Source: Epithemia pelagica (lineage: Eukaryota > Protista > Bacillariophyta). Taken from it: 64,000 bases of DNA. Position 1 is the stretch's first letter. Every line of letters starts with the position of its first letter. The notes below the pieces were generated by a model, which had not been told where the DNA came from, ran no database searches, and worked only from the letters and a program-made list of their open reading frames with translations. A program made the position numbers and the translations under genes. Location of the stretch: the NCBI GenBank assembly GCA_946965045.2, contig OX337236.1, forward strand, positions 2,232,001-2,296,000, given 5' to 3'. Below, piece after piece: positions 1 to 10,858 of this stretch.

Positions 1-1148
1 TCGATTCCGGAAGAACGGTCGCATTGTAGTACCACGCTCAAAAGCACAAAAGGATGAGCTGTATAAGGACAACATCCATGTATTACAAGTGCCAAGGACC
101 AATGATGATCTCGTTCTCACGAAAGGAATGCCCCTCGGGCGGCAATGCTTTTGATGCTTTCGTACAAAACCTGGACCCTTCGATAACACATTGTCCTCCA
201 GGTCATTGCTCCTGGTGCGATTCATGGCATCTATCGTCTTCTCTTTTACTGTGTCAAGGAACATGAGTTGCCATGGTCATGGATGACATTGGCGCAAAAT
301 GAGGGCGAGTCGACACCATGATGTCATTTCAAAGAACAAATTTTAAAGTTTTTTGAAATATCCCCCCATTTGCCAACTGGATAAAATCCTTAGCGAGACC
401 CGCAATTTGTGAAAATTGATTCGATGTCGCTTTCGCTTGGGGTTTTTGTCATAATTCATAATAGAGAGGCAAGCCCCGTCAATTTGTTGATGATGCGGGG
501 GGTATCTTGCATTTTATTTTTTGTTCTCGCAAGTTGTTTCTCGTATTGTAGTAGTATTAGGACGGGGTGAAACCATAGAAAGTCAAAATTTTGATTGCCC
601 CCAAACAAGCGTTTTACTGTGGTGTAACCAGACCCCCCGGGAATTTGCGGCAGGGGGGAGAACGCTTACCACATTGCCAGCGTAACGACATTGAAGAGAT
701 TAAAATACAATTCTGGAGTGTAAGGTTGAAGGAAAAAAAATAAATAACGGCGCCGTTGGCCCTTAAAAATATAGAAGGGGAATACGGGGTCCGGGGGACG
801 AAAAATTCCACCACGATAGATAATAATACGCTGTCACGGTGGAATTTTTCGTCCCCCGGAGCCCATATAGGGAAAAAACGTGGCTGGGTGAAGGTAGTAT
901 GGTTGTCAGTTGTCACCGACTGGTAAGCTGTACAACTATAGAGAAAAGAGATGAATTTTTCAAAAATGGTGTCGCAATTATCCGGGTTTCCACTGAAATC
1001 CTGTAAAACAAGGATTACCCGGTATTTTTGATTATCTAGCGGGAACTACGGACTACGGAGAGACTTCCTCCACCCCCAATGTCTCATTGACACACCTCTT
1101 AGGTCTTATGGGTTATGGGATGATTGTGTGATCAAGAAACGCACAACG

Positions 1149-3648
1149 ATGACAACCGAAGCAGAATTGAAGAGTCGCTCGATTCAAAGCAACGCGTTGG
1201 ACGATCCGACCGACGTGGCGCCACTGTGGGATGAAGACGATCCTTTGCAAGACGTACAGAGGATACAATTTCCGTTTTGTGAAGTACGAGTTGGATCCGA
1301 TTTGTTCCTTCCATTGCCTTTTAGAGCATCACATCGATTGAAGAAAACCAATGAACAGGCTATACGTTTTGGTGGATCCAATGATATGATCACCTTATTG
1401 GAAGGCTCAAGCGATGAACAAGCGGATTACTTGTTTGGGTTAGTGGCTGGAAGTGTCCTCGTCGCTATCTTTTTTGCCCTCTGGACTGTGCTCATTCTCG
1501 TCTTCAAGTTCAATGGATACCGTCGGTGTGGATTTCTCTGTGGACGGTTCATTCGACCAAACAAGAAAGACTATAAGAAACAGCTGTTGCCAGCAGCTTT
1601 GGAAGCTTCCAATGAGTCAAAATCACCAGAGCAACCAAGGGATCAAAGTGGTACATCTCCAGTTAGCACTCGGAGAATGGGTTCAGGAAACTTGATTGAC
1701 GATGGCAGCGACGCAGTGGTGGTTAAAGGGATGGACGGAACCACAGACAACCTTGAGCAAGAAGGTGGATCTGACCGACCGAACGTTACGGCTACAATTG
1801 AACAAGAATCAGAAGCTCGAGAACATGCCCCTGGTGTACAGAGCGAAAAACCGGAAAGTCCAGAAGGAGAAACATTTACAAATGTCAACGACAATCGCTT
1901 TGAAGCTGATAAAGTAGATGATGCAGAAACAAACGCAAAGACGCAAGATACCGAAAATGAAGAGAGTGGAAGTAGAGGAATAGAGGATGGAGGAGATGGA
2001 AATGCCATTGAGACTGGAAAGGATGCTTTTTCAGCGGGCACAAATCTTGTGCCTGTCACTTCTGACACTCCGATGGAAAAACAGAGTGACTCTTTAGGTG
2101 TTGACGAAGAAGTTGACGATGCCATTCTTGTAGCCATGCAATATCAGGCTGACCATGAAGCTTGGTTGGAGGCCTGTCAGCGCCAAGAGAAACGGGTGTT
2201 CCGGGTCCGTATAGTCTTGGTGATCTCATGTATCTTCATCTGTGTTGCAGGGATTTTGTTCTGTTATTACGGTGAAAAGTATGTCTCTCAAACATTTGTG
2301 TCGGCGGAAACCGGATTCAGACACATCCAAGACTTATGCCAAGTAGGCATTGTCTATATTGATGGATATATCGCTCGTCAAGAACAAACGAGACAAGGAT
2401 TGAAGGATATATTTTCTGATGTTAACGGCCTGTGCCCCAATGTGCGACAAAGACTTTGTGAAGTGGTCGAGCCCGTGGTTTCTGAATGCAATTTCTCGGA
2501 CTTGCCTTTCGTTTCGAAATCATTGGAGGTGTTGTTCTCGTTTCTGTACACTTCGGAGGATTATATCAACCAAGAACTATTGAATCTGAGGGACGACTTG
2601 CAAGATATGTACAATGATATTGAAGATCCGTTGAATTCAAGTGTATCTCTGGAGTGGGCATTCTGGGTGGCCTTTGCTTTTATGATCGCACTTATTGTTT
2701 GTTGTTGTGTCATCGTGTTGGGTATCTACTGGAATCATCGATACGGTCATTTCAACAAGGCCCAGCGATTCTTTGGTCATCGAGTTGTATTTCCCATCTT
2801 CTGTGTTTTGGCATGTGTAGACTTTGCATTTTCACTCGCCGTTATCATCACGTCGGTCGGTGCTTCGGACTGGTGTATAAACTCACCAGACGCCAAAGTC
2901 TCTTACGTGTTGGATGAAGTGTTCAAGGACACAAGTGGTCGGAACTCAGTTATCTACTCTTATGCAAAATACTACGTGAACAGTTGCCAATCGACTTTGG
3001 CACCCGTTCAACCAGAGGATCAGTCAACCTCAATGCGAACAATTCTGCAGTCCGTGGCGGATTTTGCCCAAGATGTTGGATCAGTGCAAGTTGATGAATG
3101 GATCCAAGCTTGTGGTCAAGATTTAAATGTCTTACAATCATTCCAAAAATTAGTCGAGGAACTTTTGTGCGAGCTGACTGTGACTTTGGAAGATATCAAT
3201 CGCTTCTTTTGGTGCAGACATTGGAGTCCCATCTATACCAATTTTATGCATGAGGCAATATGTTTCGATGTGAGTGCTTGCCCTGACTTCCGAGAACGAG
3301 TTTTTTTCGATTTCTCACATTATCTGTACCCTCCTTGTGTACTGTTCTTTTGTGCAAATTCTATAACAGGCTCAAAATGGATTGGCCTGGGTGGCAAGTA
3401 CCAATTTTACGATTGTGGTTTTGTCCTTTGTGGTCCTGCTGTTGCGAGCGGGTGCCTTTGATATCCAAGAGGAAGAGGAATACTTGAGAGAAGTTCGACG
3501 GTGTCGTGCTTGTTGTTATCATGTGGTAACATGTGGGCCATGTAAGAAACAGCAACAACTGCACGAGGATGCATTCCACCAGGCAGACACGGATAACATG
3601 GATGGATCTCCTGTGTTTAAAGTCGTTACAGATGAGGAGGAAACATGA
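1149..3648 (+). CDS. Multi-pass membrane protein, Tweety-homolog-like; 2 exons (1149-3269, 3370-3648), ~799 aa
   Basis: First ATG at 1149. GTGAGT donor at 3270 and AACAG acceptor ending 3369 join ...EAICFD to AQNGLAWVASTNFTIVVLSFVVLLLR in phase 0. Several hydrophobic helices with Cys-rich loops and a long acidic insert after TM1. Family call from topology only. Confidence 0.55.
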
Positions 3649-3967
3649 AGTTACCTCACGGTGATCGAAAAGTGTCTGTGTTTGGATCAAACCAACTTGG
3701 ATTAGCTGTCGGTGGACCCTGATATATTACACGTGTTGGTGTCTCCATCGTGCCGAACCATTGTTGTCACGTTTTCTTGTATCAATGGTGTGCGTGACAA
3801 TAATGGACGATTTACTTCTACATAAGACAAAAGAGATTATTTGTTGTCGAACTTTAGGACAAACGAGCCCTTCGGCAACCCATCACTATACTTGGGAGTT
3901 GTTATTCTCCTGTGGTATTGTTCTTTGAAGAACTCTTCTCAACACAAATGATATGCCTGTTGTGTGA

Positions 3968-6031
3968 TCAAAACGGATACACCCCACCCATGGAGCTAAT
4001 GCCATTATAGACGTAGGTGGAATGTTCCAGAGGGGCATAGTGTCCAGTAATGAGTTTGACCGCTTCTTGACTGGCCACTCCACCGACGATGGCGGCAATG
4101 TTATGAATCTCGGCATTGCCATAACGACACGCTTCCAACGCAATCTTATCGGTGCACACCTTCACTTTGGGAATAGTGCTGTGATCCGTCATGGGCGTGT
4201 CTTGATCTTGATCGCTCTTTGACATTGCGAAGTAGTGGGCTAATCCGTAGTGATGAGCAACTTGTTCCAACAATTGTTCAACAATAGGAGCATCGGTCTC
4301 GTAGGACGAAGCGTCATTGGACTCTAAACTGGTCCCGGGATAGCGTTGGTGCTGATCAAAGAACAGGTTACAGGCTTGGTAAGCCAAGTACCATACTAGA
4401 GGCATCATGTCCAATTGGTATTGCAATTTTTGGATTTGTTCTTCATCATTGTCCAAACTTGCACCGCCTGCTTCCTCCACCATGTCGTCCATCGATTCGA
4501 TCAAGGTAGACGAAACAGTGTTTGGCGCACCACTGGAGGAACCAACCAGATTGTGCCATTCATCGGCCAAGCTACGACCTGGCCCATAGTCAATGAGCGA
4601 AAGCTTTGCAATATTTTGGACAAAGGCATCAATGGTTTCTTGGCTGGGCAAGGGCACTTCGTGTTGCTGTTTGGCATGTTCGTGCTGCAAACACTCGTGA
4701 AATTGACCAAGTTCGACTTGCGCTTGTTTTCGATACACAGTTTGCAGTTCAACATACGCCTGCGTTGAAGCCGTCAAATCGGGGACACTCCCTGTCAAGG
4801 GCGGTTGTCCTCCACTGGTTGCAGTTTGCTGTGTCTCGACAAACCGTGACAAGGCTCGCAACAGGAGAACAAATTCGGCCAGGGCTGCATTCGTATTCTT
4901 TTGTTGCAATCCTTCTTCCGCTTGTTGCAACAAGGTTTGAATGTGGGAGATATCAAAATCGGGTTTGGCATATGCCAAGTAGGCATATTGGACAGCTTCT
5001 TGTACATTTTCGGCATCTTGCATGGCTGCGCGGGTATTGGTGCCAGTAGAGGGATCGTCATTGGTACTACCACTCTCGTCTGAAAGGCCTTCTAGCATGG
5101 TCTCCTTGAGCAATCGCACAAAAGCTTGTTTGTCAGACCAAGATTTAGGGATGGAAGGAGGACTATTATTCGTAGTTGTCTCGGGTGATGACGATGATTG
5201 ACCTTCCTGCTCTTGTTTTTTCCAGCGAGGATATTCATAGTGTAAAATACGCCACAGAAGCAAGGGATAGGGAATATGCTTGCGATCACGAACCGAGAGT
5301 GCGGCAATATTGTTTGTGTACTTTTCCGCCAACTCTTGTAGAGCCGGAAACTGGGCGGTGGACTGCAATCGCCAATCGGGACGTCGTGATCCCTTGGCTT
5401 GTGGACCACCCCGTGGAATCAACGGGCGAGGACACGGAGACAATTGGAGCTGTACGACTCCTAACAAGCCATAGGAAACGACACGGACATAATCCACATC
5501 AAGATTGTTTCGACAATACACAGCCAAATGGTTGTGACTGGTGGGATCCAAATCACTGGAAATGACCAAATAGCGACGAATCACGGTGGAATCGGCATGA
5601 GCAGCCACAGCAGCCAGAACGGCTTGCTGGATCGGTCTCCAAAGGTGTTGATCAAAGTCTTCCAAGGACTGCAACCGTGACTTCCAGGATGTTTGGGAAG
5701 CATCCGAGGAAGCGGGAAGGAAGGTTCCCACCACATCTGGATTCAACTCTTGCAACAAGGCACACGTCTGTTCGGCGCGTGAAGTTGGCTTGGTGGTGGA
5801 ATTGGTGACAAAGAAATTGGAACTGACGGCATGATTCCAGGCATCGGCGTGACTCGGCAGCAAATCATCCACAATGCAAAAGGCACCAATGCCTGGTAGA
5901 ACAAGATTTTTGAGCGTTTCGGTGCCAGCCGCCGTAGCTTGGAAAAGAACGACGCAGGTTTCCGACAAGGCTCGCTGACCAGAGGCACCCCACAAGCGCA
6001 ATTGACGATCGTATTTGTCAGATGTAGCCAT
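3968..6031 (-). CDS. NAE1: NEDD8-activating enzyme E1 regulatory subunit (APPBP1/ULA1/AXR1 family)
   Basis: N-terminal KYDRQLRLWGASGQ...ETLKNLVLPGIGAF and C-terminal EIHNIAAIVGGVASQEAVKLIT are diagnostic; single 687-aa ORF. Confidence 0.93.
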   Translation of the reverse strand: MATSDKYDRQLRLWGASGQRALSETCVVLFQATAAGTETLKNLVLPGIGAFCIVDDLLPSHADAWNHAVSSNFFVTNSTTKPTSRAEQTCALLQELNPDVVGTFLPASSDASQTSWKSRLQSLEDFDQHLWRPIQQAVLAAVAAHADSTVIRRYLVISSDLDPTSHNHLAVYCRNNLDVDYVRVVSYGLLGVVQLQLSPCPRPLIPRGGPQAKGSRRPDWRLQSTAQFPALQELAEKYTNNIAALSVRDRKHIPYPLLLWRILHYEYPRWKKQEQEGQSSSSPETTTNNSPPSIPKSWSDKQAFVRLLKETMLEGLSDESGSTNDDPSTGTNTRAAMQDAENVQEAVQYAYLAYAKPDFDISHIQTLLQQAEEGLQQKNTNAALAEFVLLLRALSRFVETQQTATSGGQPPLTGSVPDLTASTQAYVELQTVYRKQAQVELGQFHECLQHEHAKQQHEVPLPSQETIDAFVQNIAKLSLIDYGPGRSLADEWHNLVGSSSGAPNTVSSTLIESMDDMVEEAGGASLDNDEEQIQKLQYQLDMMPLVWYLAYQACNLFFDQHQRYPGTSLESNDASSYETDAPIVEQLLEQVAHHYGLAHYFAMSKSDQDQDTPMTDHSTIPKVKVCTDKIALEACRYGNAEIHNIAAIVGGVASQEAVKLITGHYAPLEHSTYVYNGISSMGGVYPF

Positions 6032-6310
6032 TTGGTTTCTTCCCTACGGATTACGGATGCGACTATGCCAAGAATATGGTTCCTTCGTGCAGTCCTGTCG
6101 TCTTCGAGGCGAAATAGAGGAGTAGGTGTTAATCGCACTTACGTAACGGCGCATGCACGGGTGGGGGAGTGGCAGTGTGTCTGTTCGGCAGTACGGCAAA
6201 TATTATGGTGGGGGGAGGAGTGGTTTCTCAGCTTGTTTATGCACGATTCGTGAAAGGACCCGACTCCCGGGTGCAAAGGTGTAACGAGAGAGCCACATCG
6301 AGAATGGCAA

Positions 6311-7474
6311 ATGGCAACCATCGACGCTGTCAAAGAGGCCCTCCTCCAGGCGAATATCACTGGATGGGACGAGAATTCATGGACAGATTTCTACGAGGCA
6401 GTAACTCTTCGACTGATTGACTTTGGCCAAACGACGGATGTCATTGCCCACACGTACATTCGCTGCCTCCACAACGTAGGCGTGTCGACGGAACCACACA
6501 TTCAATCTGTGTTTGCTTCGCTGTCGACAGAAGAACTTGCTAACGATCTTTCTATCAGAACAGGGCAAGCAAGGACACTGCTTGCTGCTACTAAACCGCA
6601 AACTCAGACTTGCAAACTGCAGTACAGGAACAGCTGCAAGAGAGTTGATCTAAGTTTTTTTTTCTCAAAAGCGCCTGAAGCAATTATCGATATTGCCCGT
6701 CGCATTTTCGACCTAGCAATTCCAGCTTTGCAGTTGCGGATCGACAACAAAGAAGGTCCTTTGTATGCTTCTGGTAATCAATTCCGAGATGCGATGACGT
6801 TGTTTGTTGAGAACCTTCAGATACCCATGAGCAAGGTCCCGAATATGCAAGAGGCGCTTCGACTTTGTGGCCCAAATACTCTTCTCGCCGCAAATATGGA
6901 GAATCTTGTTGATCCACTTGATCTCAGTGGCCATGCCGAAGTAATTGAACAGGCTTTGAATGTTATTCGAACGCTGCAACGTGTAGTTCCGATCGTAGGC
7001 GGTTGCGAAACTACTCGACGCATCTACATTGACCCCATTCTCTACACAGCAGCATTGATAGCAGGTAACACCCAAATGGGTGTGGAGAAGACGGTGCAAA
7101 GTGAAAGAGTTGTCGGCGATGTTGACTTTTTGCTCCAGAATACGGAAGTGCCTCCGCTTACGGTTTGTGTTACAGAAGGAAAGTGTGACCACCATGACAA
7201 GGGGGTCGTACAAAACATTGCACAGCTTTCGGCGGTCCGCGAGACGAGGAAACGAGATCCAGGTGAAATTGCAGCAACTGAGCCTGTATTTGGAATTGCA
7301 ACCACATTCTTGACTTGGCAGTTCGTCGTGTTGCACGACAACTGTGTCCACACCAGCAAGCTGTATACAATTTCCCTAGACAACCTTGAAGCTTCTGTCA
7401 CGCCAGTCATCGCTCGTGCTGCTTCAATGCTAGCGCATCCAAAACCCAAATACTTTGCGGATGAGATTACTTGA
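6311..7474 (+). CDS. Crinkler-like protein with C-terminal PD-(D/E)xK restriction-endonuclease-fold domain
   Basis: ETTRRIYIDPIL...VEKTV...GDVDF...VTEGK...GVVQNIAQL...RKR...VFGIATTFLTWQF matches the motif series of CR-REase domains; helical, possibly SAM-like N-terminus. Confidence 0.65.
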   Translation: MATIDAVKEALLQANITGWDENSWTDFYEAVTLRLIDFGQTTDVIAHTYIRCLHNVGVSTEPHIQSVFASLSTEELANDLSIRTGQARTLLAATKPQTQTCKLQYRNSCKRVDLSFFFSKAPEAIIDIARRIFDLAIPALQLRIDNKEGPLYASGNQFRDAMTLFVENLQIPMSKVPNMQEALRLCGPNTLLAANMENLVDPLDLSGHAEVIEQALNVIRTLQRVVPIVGGCETTRRIYIDPILYTAALIAGNTQMGVEKTVQSERVVGDVDFLLQNTEVPPLTVCVTEGKCDHHDKGVVQNIAQLSAVRETRKRDPGEIAATEPVFGIATTFLTWQFVVLHDNCVHTSKLYTISLDNLEASVTPVIARAASMLAHPKPKYFADEIT

Positions 7475-7487
7475 GGTAAAAGACGCT

Positions 7488-8140
7488 AATGGAATACACT
7501 CTTTTGTTCTCCATTGCACACGTTGCTCAAGCACAACCGCTTAGGAACCTAGGTAGCTACAACGGTGAGGCTCAAGACAAATGGTTGCTGTGATGCGGTT
7601 ATCAGGGCGTCAATAGATAGAAATGCCGCAGCATCTTTGGCAAAGGCGCCAGAGGTCCTGGTTCACCGAAGTAGGGATGCGTGTAAACACCACCGCTTAG
7701 GAACCTACTCCTAGGTAGCTACAACGGTGAGGCTCAAGACAAATGGTTGCTGTGATGCGGTTATCAGGGCGTCAATAGATAGAAATGCCGCAGCATCTTT
7801 GGCAAAGGCGCCAGAGGTCCTGGTTCACGAAGTAGGGATGCATGTAAACACCACAAGGGTGTTGAGGGTTGGTTTGGGAGTGGTGAAAAGGGGTGTGCAC
7901 AGTCAAGGCGGTGCGTGAAATGCCAAGACCATGCGTGGAAGATGTTGTGCAAGCACAAGGGACCTCCCCGGTTGCAAAAAATAGTTTAACAAGAGCCTCC
8001 CGAAGGAGGCATATCATTGTTAAATGATATAGAACAGTTACTACACAAGATCAAAGCCAATAGGCGAAGAGAGATACTGTGATTAATGGAGGAGGAGGTT
8101 GGTCGAGTGGACCAGGCCTTCGAACTCAATTCCGAGGCCT
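7488..8140 (+). repeat. Dispersed non-coding repeat, copy A (inverted partner at 14044-14516)
   Basis: Blocks AATGGAATACACTC, GACAAATGGTTGC, GCCGCAGCATCTTTGG, GTGTGCACAGTCAAGGCGGTGCGTGAAA, GACCATGCGTGGAAGATGTTGTGCAAGCACAAGGGACCTCCCC and CCAGGCCTTCRAACTCAAWTCCGAGGCCT recur as reverse complement at 14044-14516. Confidence 0.9.
7537..7853. repeat. Tandem duplication (156 + 161 bp) inside repeat copy A
   Basis: 7537-7692 and 7693-7853 are near-identical (one 6-nt insertion, one 1-nt deletion, one substitution seen). Confidence 0.9.
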
Positions 8141-8394
8141 GTCAGATATTTTTTGGGAGTGCCCAGTTTCTGCGACCAAGACGGTTGCCCTCTACGGTAA
8201 TAGCATTAGTAGTCTTTTCTCCTAACCATTGACTTATCAACATCAACTACCCCTAGTAGTAGAGGTAAGGTTATAAGTGGTCAGAAAAAGCTACTCCTAC
8301 TCTTTTCAGAAAGGAGAAGAGATGTTAGCCTGAGTAGACCAGAGTGTCTTGCTACTCCGCTGTTTTACTGGAGTACTCCGGGACAGGAGACTAA

Positions 8395-10305
8395 CTACTC
8401 CGGGAGAGGATAGCCCATCAACTCGGCCACAACGTCGGTGGGCGGCAAAGGCATATGATGCTGCACGGTGGCTTGTGGTTGGGAGGATGCATCGGTTGGG
8501 GCTTCCTCGGATTCATTCGTTGGATGTGTGGTGGAAACGGAAGGAGCATGCGCCGGATGGTTTCCCATGGGAACTAGGACGAGTTCATCCCGTTCCAACC
8601 ATACCAGTTGATACACGGTAAGAACCAGTGGAGCAGTGGGATCGTGTGGTTGTTCTTGTTGTCGTTGCCTCCAAATGGTCCGTACTTGATATTCAATGGA
8701 CTTCAATCCTTCCAGTATCGCTCGTTCGGAACGACCCGGAGACGGGGAGGGTGGAAATACTCGTCCAGTACCATTCGAATGATAATGCTGATGATGGGCT
8801 ACCATGGCGTTGATGGATTCTTTGACAAGTTGGGACAAGGTTTGCATTTCGATTCGTTCCACAGCCGTACCCCGAACATTTTTGTATCCATGGCACAAGA
8901 AGGGACTGCCACTGGCAATCATTTGGTACGCCTTGAGCATTCCAAATTCTCGAACATTGGACATGGCAGAAATTTCCACCAATTCCGTATCATCGCCTGG
9001 TAAACAGGCATCGACTTCGGTATGAAACAAAATATGAAAAGGACCCACTTTCATACTTTGCATATGTTCCAATGCTGCGGCAGGTAGCATGGACGGTTTC
9101 TCGGCCGTCCTTGCCTTGAGTTCGTCTGTGGATGGTTGTTCCGTTACCCATCGTTCAAATTGAAACCCTGCAGAGTTCCAATTTTTGGTATAGCGTTTGC
9201 GTTTCGCAATGACAATGACTGGTTTGTTACTGTTCCGTTGTGAGTGTGTAGCATCGGTGAAGGATTGTGCCGGTGGCGGCGGCAACAAGGTCAAGTAATA
9301 TTGATCGGGTTCTGTGTTTTGTCGTCGTCTTGCTCGTCCTTGCGTGTCGTGGATTTGTTTTTGCAGGGTGGGTCGATGTACCAAAAATTCCAAAAATGAT
9401 CCACCACAAACCAAATCGATGTTTTGTTTCTGCAAACCCCCCATGCGTTGAGTGGCAACATGCAAGGCCCCTGCCAAGGTTTCCCCATAAGGAAATTGAT
9501 TCGAATGATACACCCCATTTGAATAATCAAATTCCCTGGGCAACGACACGGTGGAGGGGTCTATCAACAAATTGGGAGCCAAGGCTTTGCCATTGTCGCA
9601 TGTCGTTTGGATGTATTGTGTGATTTGACTGGCACTGGTCAAGTGGGACAAGTCAATTTGTGGGGAAGGAAAATATTCCTTGTCCGTCATCGCTGCATCA
9701 TTGCTGGAAGAAGCGGTTAGATCCGCAGTGTCAATGGAGGACGAAGTCAAGAATGGCAAATGGGGATCCCATTCAAAGAAGCCCCAATCGGTGATTTGTT
9801 TTTGACCAAAGATCGTAAAGCCCGATCGAATCAATTCTTTTTGCATCATGGATTTGTCTGCATTGGTATTACGGCGACGAGACGAAATGAAGGAAATGGG
9901 ATTGCTCTTGGGGCTTTTCTCCAGTGAAAGCTTCCTTTTATACGCCTTGGCGGTCGACGAGAAACACTGCAATTCGAGTTTTGCTGGAATAACCATCCAT
10001 GGCGACGGCATCCGTCTGGGCAGTTGTCGAAACCACATTGACGGCGAGCGTGTCCCTCCGCTTGGCAGCCGGGATCCACAAACAGCCAAGACCATGATTT
10101 CGCCAAGTTGGTGGTGCAGTGTCCAAGCAAAGCAAAAGTGAAGGTCAAAGAGGAATCGGATGAATCGACCCCTCTGTAACACGGTGAACTGTGAAAGAAG
10201 ATACCAAAAACGACCAAACAATAAAAAACAAAGATCCACATTATCACTAATGGCATGGATTTGATCCGCGACCGACATAGTTCGCGACCACGAATTCCTG
10301 TTCAA
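8395..10305 (-). CDS. RAI1/DXO-like (decapping/exoribonuclease fold) protein; true start probably a downstream Met
   Basis: IDLVCGGSFLEFL, SAGFQFERWVT, HTEVDAC, LVEIS and YQMIASGS resemble the RAI1/DXO motifs GxxFE, EVD, ExK and Q. Confidence 0.55.
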   Translation of the reverse strand: MNRNSWSRTMSVADQIHAISDNVDLCFLLFGRFWYLLSQFTVLQRGRFIRFLFDLHFCFAWTLHHQLGEIMVLAVCGSRLPSGGTRSPSMWFRQLPRRMPSPWMVIPAKLELQCFSSTAKAYKRKLSLEKSPKSNPISFISSRRRNTNADKSMMQKELIRSGFTIFGQKQITDWGFFEWDPHLPFLTSSSIDTADLTASSSNDAAMTDKEYFPSPQIDLSHLTSASQITQYIQTTCDNGKALAPNLLIDPSTVSLPREFDYSNGVYHSNQFPYGETLAGALHVATQRMGGLQKQNIDLVCGGSFLEFLVHRPTLQKQIHDTQGRARRRQNTEPDQYYLTLLPPPPAQSFTDATHSQRNSNKPVIVIAKRKRYTKNWNSAGFQFERWVTEQPSTDELKARTAEKPSMLPAAALEHMQSMKVGPFHILFHTEVDACLPGDDTELVEISAMSNVREFGMLKAYQMIASGSPFLCHGYKNVRGTAVERIEMQTLSQLVKESINAMVAHHQHYHSNGTGRVFPPSPSPGRSERAILEGLKSIEYQVRTIWRQRQQEQPHDPTAPLVLTVYQLVWLERDELVLVPMGNHPAHAPSVSTTHPTNESEEAPTDASSQPQATVQHHMPLPPTDVVAELMGYPLPE

Positions 10306-10858
10306 GCGGGACTCGAATGTGGATCGATGGCGTCACGGACTTGACCGAACCTGATTGGCTCTGTGGAGGCAAACTGTGACGCAGAACTATGGATTACGTG
10401 GCCAACCAACACACCCGGTGGGGTGTCATTCGTCTCTTTCTTCGGATTTGGATCGTCCTACAGTGAGCGTACAAGGAGCGACACGACGACCAACTGGAAG
10501 GTGTCATTGACACCCCATTTCTTGACACTCTTGATGTTATAAGGTACCACTGGTGTGCAACGAAGACCAACCAATCGGCTTCGAGACATCCCAATCGCCC
10601 ATTCCGTTGGATGGAGGAAAAGAACGCGAGAGTGGCCAACCGAACGTCACCTTTGATCCATTCCCAATTGCCTTTTTTTGTTCGTTTTGCGCCTTGTTGG
10701 ATCGGAACTTTTGAGTTTTGAGGTCCCTCTGACAGTCCCTCCCTCACAATTCGCCCTTTTGCAAATCAATCAATACATGTACATTCATAGTCTTGTTGTT
10801 GTTGTCAAGTCCCTCTTTTGTTGATTCTGACCAACCAAGTCACACTATACATACTATC

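Noticed and set aside
1-1100. End of a transposon or a partial minus-strand gene (MFLDTVKEK...)
   Set aside because: Composition looks TE-like, but no TIR, TSD or domain could be identified and the feature runs off the window
7505-7530. U1 snRNA (TCCATTGCAC resembles the U1A loop)
   Set aside because: No ACTTACCTG 5' end or Sm site at the expected spacing in either copy
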